Virus record (IMG/VR): IMGVR_UViG_3300022562_000664
Coordinates: 1 to 55,893 of that record
DNA from: a virus
Lineage: Duplodnaviria > Caudoviricetes
Length of the DNA: 55,893 nucleotides
Direction: 5' to 3' (one strand)
Below, piece after piece: positions 46,767-55,893 of the stretch. A program made the position numbers and the translations under genes. Below the pieces are notes generated by a model, which saw nothing but the letters and a program-made list of their open reading frames with translations, searched no databases and was not told the DNA's origin. Numbering within the stretch: the first letter of the stretch is position 1; every line of letters begins with the position of its first letter.

Positions 46767-49664
46767 ATGGAAGTTGTTATCTTGGCGCAGGGCCTACCTT
46801 TTGGGCCCACCACCATTGAGCACCGTTCTCTTGGTGGATCAGAAACTGCTGCTTTAATGATGGCGCGTGAACTTCGGAAGCGCGGCCATCTTGTAAGCAT
46901 TTTCTGTAATCTCCCTCCAGTTGGATACCCTGACCATATTGAAAATGGTGCCCAAGATGATTTGGGCGTTCGTTGGGTATCTGGAGATCAATACCAAGGG
47001 TTCATCTCTAATACAGAAGTTGATCTGCTAGTTGTTAGCAGGAACCCTGATTTATTTCAGTGTGTCCATCAAGCTAAGAAAGCAGTTTTGTGGTGCCATG
47101 ATTTAGCAACCTATCAAGGTTTGCTACCCCGGCTTATGCAATCTGCTTGGAATTTTGATGAGATTTGGTGCGTATCTGAATATCACCGCCAACAAATTCA
47201 TAAGGTCACTGGCTACCCTCTTAAGAACATTAGGGCAACAAGAAATGGAATTGTAAAGTTTGATTCCATCCTTCAGCTTCCTAGAGAGGAAAAGACACTA
47301 TTATATTCAGCACGCCCTGAGCGTGGATTAGAAAATTTAGTCAAAGAAGGCGGTATTATGGAGCGCCTTCCAGAATATCATCTTTATGTTACCATGTACG
47401 AAAACTATCCAGACCACATGATGGACTATTATCGTTATTTGTGGTCAAGGTGTGAAGCTCTTGACAATGTAACGCTTCTTGGACCTAAGACGCAACTTGA
47501 ATTGCGCCAACTTATGCGTAAATGTTGGGCTTATTGCTATCCCACAGCTTTTGAGGAAGTCTCTTGTATCATTGCGCGAGAGTGTATTGAACAGAAACTT
47601 CCTTTTATTGGAACAACTATCGGTGCACTTCCAGAAACATTAAATGGCTGTGGGCACCTATTTGAGTGCACCAAAGAAGAAGTGGGAACAGAAAAGTTTT
47701 GTGAAGAATTTGCTGAATTTGTTAAAGGGGCCGGGCGTGAAATTATGTCAATTGAAGAAGCCTGTAGCCTAAGAAATGATTTATATTGGGATGATGTAGC
47801 AGAACAATGGGAAGAATGGTCAGTTCCTGAAAAGCCTACTGACTATTCTGCTATTCACTCTTTGATTCAAGATAGTGATATCATAGCTGCAAAAGCAGTC
47901 CTAGATACTATTCCAGAAGATAAGCGCACCCCTGGTATCAAATGGCTTGAAAATGAACTCAAGACAAAATATGAGTTTGTTTTTGGGAACAAGAAAATGG
48001 AGGATCATTACAAAGATATTTACGACTTTGAAGAATCAAAGCAAGTACCTGAGCGGCAATCAATGAAAACACTCAGAGGGCATGCCAGATATAACTGTAT
48101 TGCCCAACTTGCACAGAATGTTCTTCCTGGAAGCACAGTCATCGAATATGGTTGTGCTGAAGGACCAATCATTCTTCAGCTAGCACGAGACTTCCCTGAT
48201 CGCCATTTTATTGGTATTGACTTTGTAGAGGCAAATATTGATCTCTGCAAAAAGTACGCAAAAGAACATGACATCAATAATGTTAGCTTCTATACAGGAA
48301 GTGTCGATGATTGGCCAGCCGAAGTGGAAGAGGTTGATGCAGCAATCATCGCTGAAGTTTTAGAACACACAATTAAGCCATGGGAGATCATCAGTAAGCT
48401 AGAGAGCCACGTCAAAATTGGTGGCAGGATGATTCTAACCGTCCCGCAAGGCCCATGGGAGTGGCAAGGCTTGAAGGGCCCTCAATGGCCCTGGAGGGCT
48501 CATATTTGGCACATCAATAAATGGATGCTGCGCAAGATGTTCGAGAACAAAGAAGAATGCATCTTGAATGCGCTCCAAGAAGGATACCACTACGATGGCC
48601 GAGTTTGTGGTCATTTGGTGATGGGTTATAAGGCAGATGGTGAGCCAGCAGTAGAAATTGATCCAATAGAAAAGGCCCGGTTGTCTAGGTATCGTCAGAG
48701 TATGGCAGCCTGCATGATTGCCATGAATGATGATGCAACTATTATCCGTGCGCTGGATTCAATTGGCAACTTTATTGAGCAATTGCAAATTGCTCTAGGT
48801 CCGTCCACTGACCACACCAGGGAAAGAATTGAAGAGTGGGCAAGCGAACATCCATGGGTAGAAACTAGAATCATTGATGTTCCTAAAATTGAAGCCAAAA
48901 AGTTTGGCTTTGATGATGCCAGAAATGAATCCATCAAAAATATTGAGTCAGACTGGATTCTCTGGATAGATTGTGATGAATATTTATCTGGGGACAAGAT
49001 TAGAGTTTTCACAAGGAACCACTGCTTTGATAGCTTGGCTATTCAGCAGCATCACTTTACTTGTGAGCCTGCTGGTGCTCCAGCCCAAATTGATAAGCCT
49101 GCCCGGTTGTTCCGAAACCGCATAGGTTTTGAATTCTTTGGCAAGGTCCATGAACATGCAGAGCTAGGCTTCAATGGTGGGCCGGGGTTTGTCCTACTTG
49201 TTCCTGGCGTTGATATTGGCCACACTGGTTATGTCAATGATGCTACGCGGATGAGTAGATTTGGTCGCAATTTTCCATTGCTTGAATGGGACCAAGAAGT
49301 TTATCCTGAGCGCAAACTTGGTAGGTTCCTATGGCTTAGGGACATCATCCATCGAATGCGACTTATTAATCAGCAAGGCAATGTAAATGAAGCTAGACGC
49401 CTAGCTGAAGAGGCTATAAACTTCTTCAAAGAATTTGGCGAATCCTTTGAAGCAATTGGTGGTGGAAGTAATGCCACCCTGGCCTATGTTTCTGAGGCCA
49501 TGCAATTTTTGGGCAGAGGTTGGCCCATGATTGTTGCTGTCCAACTAGAGGAACAAACAGCACAATATCAAGGGGTATTTGAGTCAGAGGAAGATGCTTT
49601 CAAGATTGCGAAGCGGGCACTGAAAGAGCAAATTGAAAAGCGCAAATCAGGATATTGGCAATGA
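46767..49664 (+). CDS. Three-domain fusion: GT4 (GT-B) glycosyltransferase, class I SAM methyltransferase, GT2 (GT-A) glycosyltransferase
   Basis: LGGSET, YSARPERGL, FEEVSCIIARE; EYGCAEG, AEVLEH, ILTVP; STD.T, FDDARN, WIDCDE, GKVHE, HTGY. Confidence 0.88.
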   Translation: MEVVILAQGLPFGPTTIEHRSLGGSETAALMMARELRKRGHLVSIFCNLPPVGYPDHIENGAQDDLGVRWVSGDQYQGFISNTEVDLLVVSRNPDLFQCVHQAKKAVLWCHDLATYQGLLPRLMQSAWNFDEIWCVSEYHRQQIHKVTGYPLKNIRATRNGIVKFDSILQLPREEKTLLYSARPERGLENLVKEGGIMERLPEYHLYVTMYENYPDHMMDYYRYLWSRCEALDNVTLLGPKTQLELRQLMRKCWAYCYPTAFEEVSCIIARECIEQKLPFIGTTIGALPETLNGCGHLFECTKEEVGTEKFCEEFAEFVKGAGREIMSIEEACSLRNDLYWDDVAEQWEEWSVPEKPTDYSAIHSLIQDSDIIAAKAVLDTIPEDKRTPGIKWLENELKTKYEFVFGNKKMEDHYKDIYDFEESKQVPERQSMKTLRGHARYNCIAQLAQNVLPGSTVIEYGCAEGPIILQLARDFPDRHFIGIDFVEANIDLCKKYAKEHDINNVSFYTGSVDDWPAEVEEVDAAIIAEVLEHTIKPWEIISKLESHVKIGGRMILTVPQGPWEWQGLKGPQWPWRAHIWHINKWMLRKMFENKEECILNALQEGYHYDGRVCGHLVMGYKADGEPAVEIDPIEKARLSRYRQSMAACMIAMNDDATIIRALDSIGNFIEQLQIALGPSTDHTRERIEEWASEHPWVETRIIDVPKIEAKKFGFDDARNESIKNIESDWILWIDCDEYLSGDKIRVFTRNHCFDSLAIQQHHFTCEPAGAPAQIDKPARLFRNRIGFEFFGKVHEHAELGFNGGPGFVLLVPGVDIGHTGYVNDATRMSRFGRNFPLLEWDQEVYPERKLGRFLWLRDIIHRMRLINQQGNVNEARRLAEEAINFFKEFGESFEAIGGGSNATLAYVSEAMQFLGRGWPMIVAVQLEEQTAQYQGVFESEEDAFKIAKRALKEQIEKRKSGYWQ

Positions 49665-50161
49665 GCTATGCTACCATTGACGATGTCTTCAAACGCTATA
49701 AGCCCATTCGCACCCTTGTTGGGTCTGAAGATATCAGCGTCAATTCGGTAGAAGTCTCTTCCATATTCATCACTGATGCGGAAAGTTTTGTCGATGCATA
49801 CATATCGCGTCGATACGCCGTACCACTGAATCCAGTCCCATCATTGATTCGCCAAGTAACTTCTGACTTGGCCATCTTTAATATGATGGTTGAGAAATTA
49901 CCAGATACACCTGATTTCTTTCAGCCCAGATATGATCGGGCAATTAAGACTCTTGAAATGATCCGTGATGGGGAAATGGATCTTAGCAGCCAGACAGTTA
50001 TAACTTCTGGTGACCAAGAGGCTTGGTCAAGTACAATGGATTACCACCCTGTGTTCTCACCAGTCCTTAATCCATTGGATCAGACTGTTGACAAAGATCA
50101 AGTTGATGCCGACAAGTCTGATAGATCAGGAGACATTGGTGCTCCTGATCCGAATTGTTAA
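49661..50161 (+). CDS. Head-tail adaptor (Mu gp36 / DUF1320-like)
   Basis: MSYAT..D, DAYISRRYAVPL..VP, RYDRAIKTLE.IRDG. Confidence 0.85.
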   Translation: MSYATIDDVFKRYKPIRTLVGSEDISVNSVEVSSIFITDAESFVDAYISRRYAVPLNPVPSLIRQVTSDLAIFNMMVEKLPDTPDFFQPRYDRAIKTLEMIRDGEMDLSSQTVITSGDQEAWSSTMDYHPVFSPVLNPLDQTVDKDQVDADKSDRSGDIGAPDPNC

Positions 50162-50676
50162 TGGCTGTTAGCACAATACATATTCAAGACCGGAATCTCA
50201 GGCGCGCAATGCGCGCCATGGAAGCTGGCCTGCGTAACCCTGCCCCGGTATATGGTCGCGCCGCTAGGCACATGCGAGATTACGTTCGCAATACTATAAC
50301 GCTACAAGGTCGCGCTAACCCTTATCCGCGCCTCTCGCAGTGGACTAGAGATAGGACGGGCCGAAGAAAGGCCCTGATCACCCTGCGACCTAGGATTAAG
50401 GCCCGTTGGGATAGGACGCAGGGTGAAGTTTACTTTGATCCTATTAGTGCACAATGGAACATAACTCAGCATCACACAGGATTCACTTCACCGGCAGTTG
50501 TTAACAAAAGAATGGCAGTGCCACTTAAATCTGGTGGTGTTAGAATTTTTTGGAGTAGAAAGCCCAGTAAGATTCCAGCAAGAAAAGTTTGGCCATCTAG
50601 GCAGGAGCTTGAGCGTGAAGTTGTGCCTTTCTTTTCTAGTTGGGTTGATAGGATGGCTAGAAGTAGATGGCGTTAG
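50161..50676 (+). CDS. Virion morphogenesis / neck protein (Mu gpG-like)
   Basis: Basic protein with KIPARKV motif; position in neck region. Confidence 0.7.
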   Translation: MAVSTIHIQDRNLRRAMRAMEAGLRNPAPVYGRAARHMRDYVRNTITLQGRANPYPRLSQWTRDRTGRRKALITLRPRIKARWDRTQGEVYFDPISAQWNITQHHTGFTSPAVVNKRMAVPLKSGGVRIFWSRKPSKIPARKVWPSRQELEREVVPFFSSWVDRMARSRWR

Positions 50677-51131
50677 TTAATTATTACGCAATTCAATCAG
50701 CTTTGGCTGATCTATTAAAGACAGGCCCTTCTGGTGGATATACTGATGGTCATCACCCAAAAGATGTATTCATTGAAGCTATGGATCGTGAAGCAGTTTT
50801 TGATAACATGCCATTTATTAATGTTCGCCTTCCAGAGGGAACGATGGAAATGCGATCAATACCTAATGGCTATAGATTGTATTTAACATTCGAGATTGAC
50901 ATTGTGTGTTTTCACTTTACGCATTTTGTAAACGCAGCTATCCTTCGCGATACTATTCTGGGTGAAGCACAACTTGCGGTTCAACAGAATGCAAGATTTT
51001 ATGATGGAATTGACTCATCAAAAATTGAGCCAACAATTCGCTTTGGAGCGGGCACGGTTGAAGGGGCGCAAGGACACGTCGCAACGGCAACTTTTTCAGT
51101 TATCGTTGAGGCAGACATTGATGCTGCATAG
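50667..51131 (+). CDS. Tail terminator-like protein
   Basis: Precedes the tail tube gene; MPFINV. Confidence 0.6.
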   Translation: MALVNYYAIQSALADLLKTGPSGGYTDGHHPKDVFIEAMDREAVFDNMPFINVRLPEGTMEMRSIPNGYRLYLTFEIDIVCFHFTHFVNAAILRDTILGEAQLAVQQNARFYDGIDSSKIEPTIRFGAGTVEGAQGHVATATFSVIVEADIDAA

Positions 51132-51141
51132 GAGTTGACCG

Positions 51142-52209
51142 ATGGCCTCCGGTTCTGGTGGGCAAATTGCCCTAACCCGCTCTGATTCACTCTACCTGTC
51201 GGTCCAAAGTGTCGATACTTGGACCAATTTCGTTAGTGAATCTCTAGAGCACACTCTCAATGAGCTTGAAGAAGGAAGTATCACTGGCAACAAAGATGCG
51301 CCACCTTCTCATAAGGGTATCGACTTTGGCGCTGGTGATGTTCTTCTTGAGCCTGATCCTAACGCTATTGGCCATTGGATGCGTGGCGTCTTTGGTCAAT
51401 CTAGTGGTACAGTTCTTTGTGAAGCAGGATCGCTTGGAGCAAACTCATCCGCACTAGGTGCTGGCCGGCCTGTTCTTCGACATTCATTCCTTCCAATCCA
51501 GGCTGCAGTGGACAACAGAAATTTCCTGCCGCCTTACACTATCATGGTGTATAAGGACGTGGGGAGTGCATTCTACTTCCAAGGATGTCAAATCCACGGA
51601 ATTGAATTCCAGGCAACTGCTGGTCAGTTAGTTGGTGCAAATATCAACGTAATGGCTCGGAAAGTGGAACGTTTTGAGCGAACCACTGCCATTCAAAACC
51701 TGACCAAGGTATCTGGAAGCAAGCCTTGGGTCTGGGACATGGCCTCTGTTGAGATCAGTTCCGGCCAGCAAGGATTTGCCAACCTTCTTGTTGACACAAA
51801 TTTTGAGGCTATCAATATCAACCTCAATGTGCCACTAGAAGGCGTGGTGTTGCTTGATGGCAACAAGAACTATGCTGAATACCAAGTCAATGAATTCCGG
51901 CGAATCAATACCAATGGCACTGTGTCCTTCCGAGACCAGACCGCATATGATTCGTTTACCGCATATGAGAATCGCTCTTTGCGGATGACTTGGCAAAACG
52001 TTGCCTCCAATCAGCTGCTTGGTAATCCAAATTCAGCTTTCTATCCGACACTCCAGTTGGATATTCCCCAGTTCAAATTCTTGAGCTGGTCCACTCCGAT
52101 TGGTGGGCCAAACCGGCTCCAGACATCCTTTACTGGGAAGGCTGAACGCGATCCAACTAGCCTGTATCTCTGTGAGGCATTCCTAACGAATGTGACTAGC
52201 GTTTACTAG
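51142..52209 (+). CDS. Major tail tube protein
   Basis: FVSESL, LPPYTIMV.KD...F.GC; no sheath gene seen. Confidence 0.8.
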   Translation: MASGSGGQIALTRSDSLYLSVQSVDTWTNFVSESLEHTLNELEEGSITGNKDAPPSHKGIDFGAGDVLLEPDPNAIGHWMRGVFGQSSGTVLCEAGSLGANSSALGAGRPVLRHSFLPIQAAVDNRNFLPPYTIMVYKDVGSAFYFQGCQIHGIEFQATAGQLVGANINVMARKVERFERTTAIQNLTKVSGSKPWVWDMASVEISSGQQGFANLLVDTNFEAININLNVPLEGVVLLDGNKNYAEYQVNEFRRINTNGTVSFRDQTAYDSFTAYENRSLRMTWQNVASNQLLGNPNSAFYPTLQLDIPQFKFLSWSTPIGGPNRLQTSFTGKAERDPTSLYLCEAFLTNVTSVY

Positions 52210-52217
52210 GGGCACAT

Positions 52218-52649
52218 TTGAACCGTCAACAGCGTCGTGCTTTTGACAAGAGAAGGAAAAGGGGCATGAAGGCGAGCTTCACGCGCAGCGTTCAGTATGT
52301 TCCAACTTGGAATGGCAATCACCAACTTCCAAAGAAGGAACAATTTACTGCCACACTAAAGCCACTCAATATGGCAGATTTGCTAATGTTGATGGATGCT
52401 CTTCAAGGCTTGGGCGTCCAAAATCCAGATGATCTCAAAAATACGAATGTTGAAAAGTTCAAAGGCTTGATGGAACAAGCTGGAACGCTGATCCCTAAGT
52501 ACATCGAAGTCAGCAATCTGGAAGATGAATCAGGCCCGGTCACCGCTGAGACTTTGGTAGAATTTCCATACTACCTTGAGCTGGCAGCTGAACTTCTCAC
52601 ACAGCTTGCTAGCATTTCCTTGCCAGATAAGGATGAGGAAAAAAACTAA
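52218..52649 (+). CDS. Tail assembly chaperone (gpG-like); alternative start at 52266
   Basis: Lies between tube and TMP; ends EEKN at a slippery site. Confidence 0.8.
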   Translation: MNRQQRRAFDKRRKRGMKASFTRSVQYVPTWNGNHQLPKKEQFTATLKPLNMADLLMLMDALQGLGVQNPDDLKNTNVEKFKGLMEQAGTLIPKYIEVSNLEDESGPVTAETLVEFPYYLELAAELLTQLASISLPDKDEEKN

Positions 52650-52933
52650 GAAACGCAGCGAGACTGTCTCAGTGGGCACACACATCAGGACAAGTTTCTC
52701 AGCTGCGTACTAGACAAAGGGGTTGTGGTTTTTATTTAGCACTATTTGCTAAGTGCCACACCAGGAATGAAGGAGGATGGTACCAATATAGAACACCCGA
52801 TGGGGCACCGCTATTAGAGCAAGATGGTTTTACTCAAGCTTGCTTTGATGTGTTGAAAGAAACATTCAACACGATGATGAAAGAAGAACAGGACAGGACG
52901 CGCCGTGCCCCCGGTTCCCACAACAGACGTTAG
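52640..52933 (+). CDS. -1 frameshift extension of the tail chaperone (gpGT-like)
   Basis: A AAA AAC slippery heptamer at 52640-52646; -1 frame open to TAG at 52931-52933. Confidence 0.75.
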   Translation, partial: KKLRNAARLSQWAHTSGQVSQLRTRQRGCGFYLALFAKCHTRNEGGWYQYRTPDGAPLLEQDGFTQACFDVLKETFNTMMKEEQDRTRRAPGSHNRR

Positions 52934-55893
52934 AATTGTAATATCGGCAACGGCCAATGATGCCATTGGTACGTTTCGCCGCATGGAGGGCAGGCTTCAC
53001 CGCCTAGGTCGCCGCGTTCATGAGACCTCACTGCACTTTCGTCGCCTTGATCGAATTTGGTCGATCATTGCTTTATTTTCTGGTGTAGCACTCCTTAGAA
53101 AATTTGTTGAAATGGGCGCTGAGATGCAGCGCCTTCAGTTCCAGATTGCTGCTCTGACGCAAGATTTTGAAGGCGTCCCAGCGGTAATGGACCGCTTAGT
53201 TGCAACTACATCTAAGGTTCCATTTACTCTTAATACTATGGCTCAGGCGTTTGTTCGCCTGAAGGCTTCTGGTATTGATCCAATAACAGATGATCAAGGC
53301 AATGGTCCACTAAGGGCCATGGCCGATGCCCTTGCCGCATTTGGTGGCGGTGATGAGTTATTCAAGCGAATGACTATCGCCATCCAGCAAATGGCTGGTA
53401 AGGGCGTTATCTCGATGGAAGAATTAAGGCAGCAACTTGGTGAAGCTGTTCCAACGGCCATGCGTGTTATGGCCGAGCAAATGCGCATATCTGTTGCTCA
53501 ATTAATTCTTGATGTTAGTCGTGGTAGAGTTGAGTTTGAAGAAGGTTTTGATGCACTAATTAAGGGATTTGACGAAAAATTCCACGGGCTTGGTGAGGTG
53601 ATGAAAAACACCTTTACCGGGCAGCTCCAACAGACTGTAACTGAATTCCAAGTTTTATCTGAAGCACTTTTTGTTAAGTCTGGCGCTTTTGATCAGGTTG
53701 CTGCCGGCCTTGGCATAATGAATGCTGAAATCCGAAAGTTTTCAAAATTTCTTCAAAGTGATGCTGGGCAAGAGGCTATTAATAAGTTTTGGGATGGTAT
53801 TAGAAAGATTGCTGTATTTGCTGCCCAGGCATCTACACCATTAATTGATCTTATTGGAATAATCAAAGACCTTGTTGGGGCAATTTCTGCTGCCACTAGT
53901 TCCCTCCCAGCTGAGGTCGTTGGGGGTGGGCTTATTGGGTTTATCTTATTTGGTGGCAGAAAAGGTGCAGCGGCTGGCGCCTTATTTGGTGCTTTTAGTG
54001 ATGAAATTCGTGGCGTTATTCAAATTATAACAGGTCTTGTTCAAACATTATTTGGTTTTCTTAGTGCTTTAGGCCTTGAGGATGTTGCTGCTGGCGGCCT
54101 TATCGGGTTCTTTATATTTGGTCGAAAAGGTGGATTAATCACTGCAGCAATTTTGTATGCTGATGAGGTATTTACTTCAATTAATAAGATTGTAACAATT
54201 GTTATAGCAATTTTCTTAGGTTTGTGGGCAAGCATAAAGGCACAGGCTAATGAATTTTGGTCTGATCCTACTTCACTGTTTGATGAAGAGAGATTACTTA
54301 AGGTTGGCCGAGAAGCTGGTTGGAAAACAGTAAAAGCATATATTGAAGGTGCCAAGGCTGCTGGTGATTATGATACAGGCATCTTAGGTGAGATTTTTGA
54401 TGTTGAAGGTGGCAGTGAATTTGGCAATGAGGCAGCTAAGGCCACTGATGATTTCTTCAAATCAATGGCGGAATTGGCAAAGAAAGTTGCGGCCGCTCGT
54501 GCAGAAATATTAGCAGCCCAACAGCCACTAGAGGATATTGGTGGCCCAAGTCCAACTGATCTTGCTCAAATTCAGAAACTCGGAACATATCTTGAGCGCC
54601 TAGAGAAACAGGCTGCTGGAGCAGGCACGCAAATTGGTAATCTGCGTGCAGAAATTGCACAAAAACTTGGTGGTGTAGATAAAATTATCGGCAATCTGAA
54701 TAAACAGATTGATAAATTACCAGAAGGCGACAGCAAAATTGCTGGCCTTAAGGCGTCAATTGATACTCTTACTGCTACCAAGGGACAAATTGCTGCACTT
54801 GGCGAAACAATTATTGCTAACATTTCTGCTGAACAATTTGAGAAAACAGAGCAGCAAGTTGCTCGCCTTAGTGAGACATTTGATGAATTCTTAGTTGGAA
54901 CAACAGAAGGGTTTACTGCTCAAGAGTTAGCCATACAAAAAGTTGAGGCCCGGTTCGCTGGCTATCAATTACGCATCCAGCAGCTTACAAAAGCTGTTAT
55001 GGATAATATTGACGCAGATCATGGACAAGCTGCTGCATTAGCACTTCTGACCGATCTTCAGAATAAGATGAACGCGGCCAGAGAGAATGCTATTAAGCTC
55101 ACAAGAGAGCAAGCAGAAGCAACTAGAATGAAAACTGAGGCAGACATTGCCGAGCGCATTGTCGCCACTGATCTTGTAGTCACAGGATATGAATTAAGCA
55201 ATTCATTTGATGAAGTGGCACTTGCTGGGCTTCGTGCTCGTGAGCAATTAAACAATACATTCAAGAATATTGCAGATCAGATTCAGAGAATACAGGAACA
55301 ACAACAAGCAGGCATCATATCAGAAGTATATGCTCAAGCATCTATTGAAAGGCTCCAAGAGCTACAGACTAGGCTTGGTGAACTTGCTGACAAGTTTGTA
55401 GAAGTCGCAGAGTTCAATGCAAGTGCTTGGGGCAAATTGATGAATAATATTTACCAGAGCATGGAAGATTTTCTTGCTAACAGCATTCACGCTTTGGTGA
55501 CAGGGACCAAGACATTCAAAGAAGTCTTGCTAGATTTTTATGATGAAATCACACGAGCAGTTATCCGATACCTGGCCCATCAAGCTCTTGTGGGGGTATT
55601 TGGAGGCCAAGGGGGATTTGGCCTAGGTAGTTTCCTTTTGCCATTTGGAGGAAGCGGACTGTTAGGCGGGCTGTTAGGGTTCGCTCACGGCGGTTCCTTT
55701 ATGGTAGGGGGGAAGGGCGGCGTGGATAATAATGTACTATCGCTAAACGGTTCACCTGTCGCTAAAGTATCTCAAGGGGAAACTGTAAGTGTAACTCCAC
55801 AAGGTGATCCTAGTTTTGGCGATCTATTCAACATCACTATCCAGGCCATTGATGCGCTATCTGTGAGAGACCTGTTTATGAAAGAAGGTAGTT
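52905..55893 (+). CDS. Tape measure protein (about 1011 aa including 1-430; missing from ORF track because it runs off the end)
   Basis: GTG start; AIQQMAGKGVISMEELRQQLGEAVP tape-measure motif; in frame with ORF 17-430. Confidence 0.9.
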   Translation, partial: MPPVPTTDVRIVISATANDAIGTFRRMEGRLHRLGRRVHETSLHFRRLDRIWSIIALFSGVALLRKFVEMGAEMQRLQFQIAALTQDFEGVPAVMDRLVATTSKVPFTLNTMAQAFVRLKASGIDPITDDQGNGPLRAMADALAAFGGGDELFKRMTIAIQQMAGKGVISMEELRQQLGEAVPTAMRVMAEQMRISVAQLILDVSRGRVEFEEGFDALIKGFDEKFHGLGEVMKNTFTGQLQQTVTEFQVLSEALFVKSGAFDQVAAGLGIMNAEIRKFSKFLQSDAGQEAINKFWDGIRKIAVFAAQASTPLIDLIGIIKDLVGAISAATSSLPAEVVGGGLIGFILFGGRKGAAAGALFGAFSDEIRGVIQIITGLVQTLFGFLSALGLEDVAAGGLIGFFIFGRKGGLITAAILYADEVFTSINKIVTIVIAIFLGLWASIKAQANEFWSDPTSLFDEERLLKVGREAGWKTVKAYIEGAKAAGDYDTGILGEIFDVEGGSEFGNEAAKATDDFFKSMAELAKKVAAARAEILAAQQPLEDIGGPSPTDLAQIQKLGTYLERLEKQAAGAGTQIGNLRAEIAQKLGGVDKIIGNLNKQIDKLPEGDSKIAGLKASIDTLTATKGQIAALGETIIANISAEQFEKTEQQVARLSETFDEFLVGTTEGFTAQELAIQKVEARFAGYQLRIQQLTKAVMDNIDADHGQAAALALLTDLQNKMNAARENAIKLTREQAEATRMKTEADIAERIVATDLVVTGYELSNSFDEVALAGLRAREQLNNTFKNIADQIQRIQEQQQAGIISEVYAQASIERLQELQTRLGELADKFVEVAEFNASAWGKLMNNIYQSMEDFLANSIHALVTGTKTFKEVLLDFYDEITRAVIRYLAHQALVGVFGGQGGFGLGSFLLPFGGSGLLGGLLGFAHGGSFMVGGKGGVDNNVLSLNGSPVAKVSQGETVSVTPQGDPSFGDLFNITIQAIDALSVRDLFMKEGS
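55511..55893. repeat. Terminal direct repeat, right copy
   Basis: Matches 1-383. Confidence 0.95.

Noticed and set aside
55511-55893. Terminal repeats as a diversity-generating retroelement TR/VR pair
   Set aside because: Differences are not confined to adenines of one copy, no reverse transcriptase is encoded, and the copies sit at the contig ends.

Overview
This window is an essentially complete, circularly permuted genome of a tailed dsDNA phage. The unit length is about 55,510 bp, and positions 1-383 repeat imperfectly at 55511-55893. It looks like a lytic siphovirus of a Gram-negative, probably alphaproteobacterial, host: it has spanins, a GH108 endolysin and a GTA/BR0599-type tail tip, and I saw no integrase. 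The modules are: tail tip and fibres (1-10.5 kb), lysis (10.5-12.3 kb), replication and nucleotide metabolism (12.5-27.6 kb), small early genes (27.7-33.4 kb), a compositionally strange island (33.9-35.1 kb), and packaging, Mu-like head and tail genes (35.7-55.9 kb). The replication block encodes SNF2 and UvrD helicases, an AEP primase, a FAD oxidoreductase, a variant ThyX, a DUF1599-like protein, a DEDDh exonuclease and DnaE. The head module carries inserted enzymes: a radical SAM protein, a beta-propeller and a GT4-methyltransferase-GT2 fusion. The most striking observation is a complete transcription unit of about 660 bp (promoter, 153-aa gene, terminator) that contains no CA or TG dinucleotide except its ATG and one His codon. 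It sits in a 1.1-kb zone that is TG-free on the + strand, next to CA-rich microsatellites. Together with the nucleotide-modifying and glycosylating genes, this suggests a dinucleotide-specific DNA modification or defence-evasion system. All protein assignments come from motif recognition by eye; no database searches were run.
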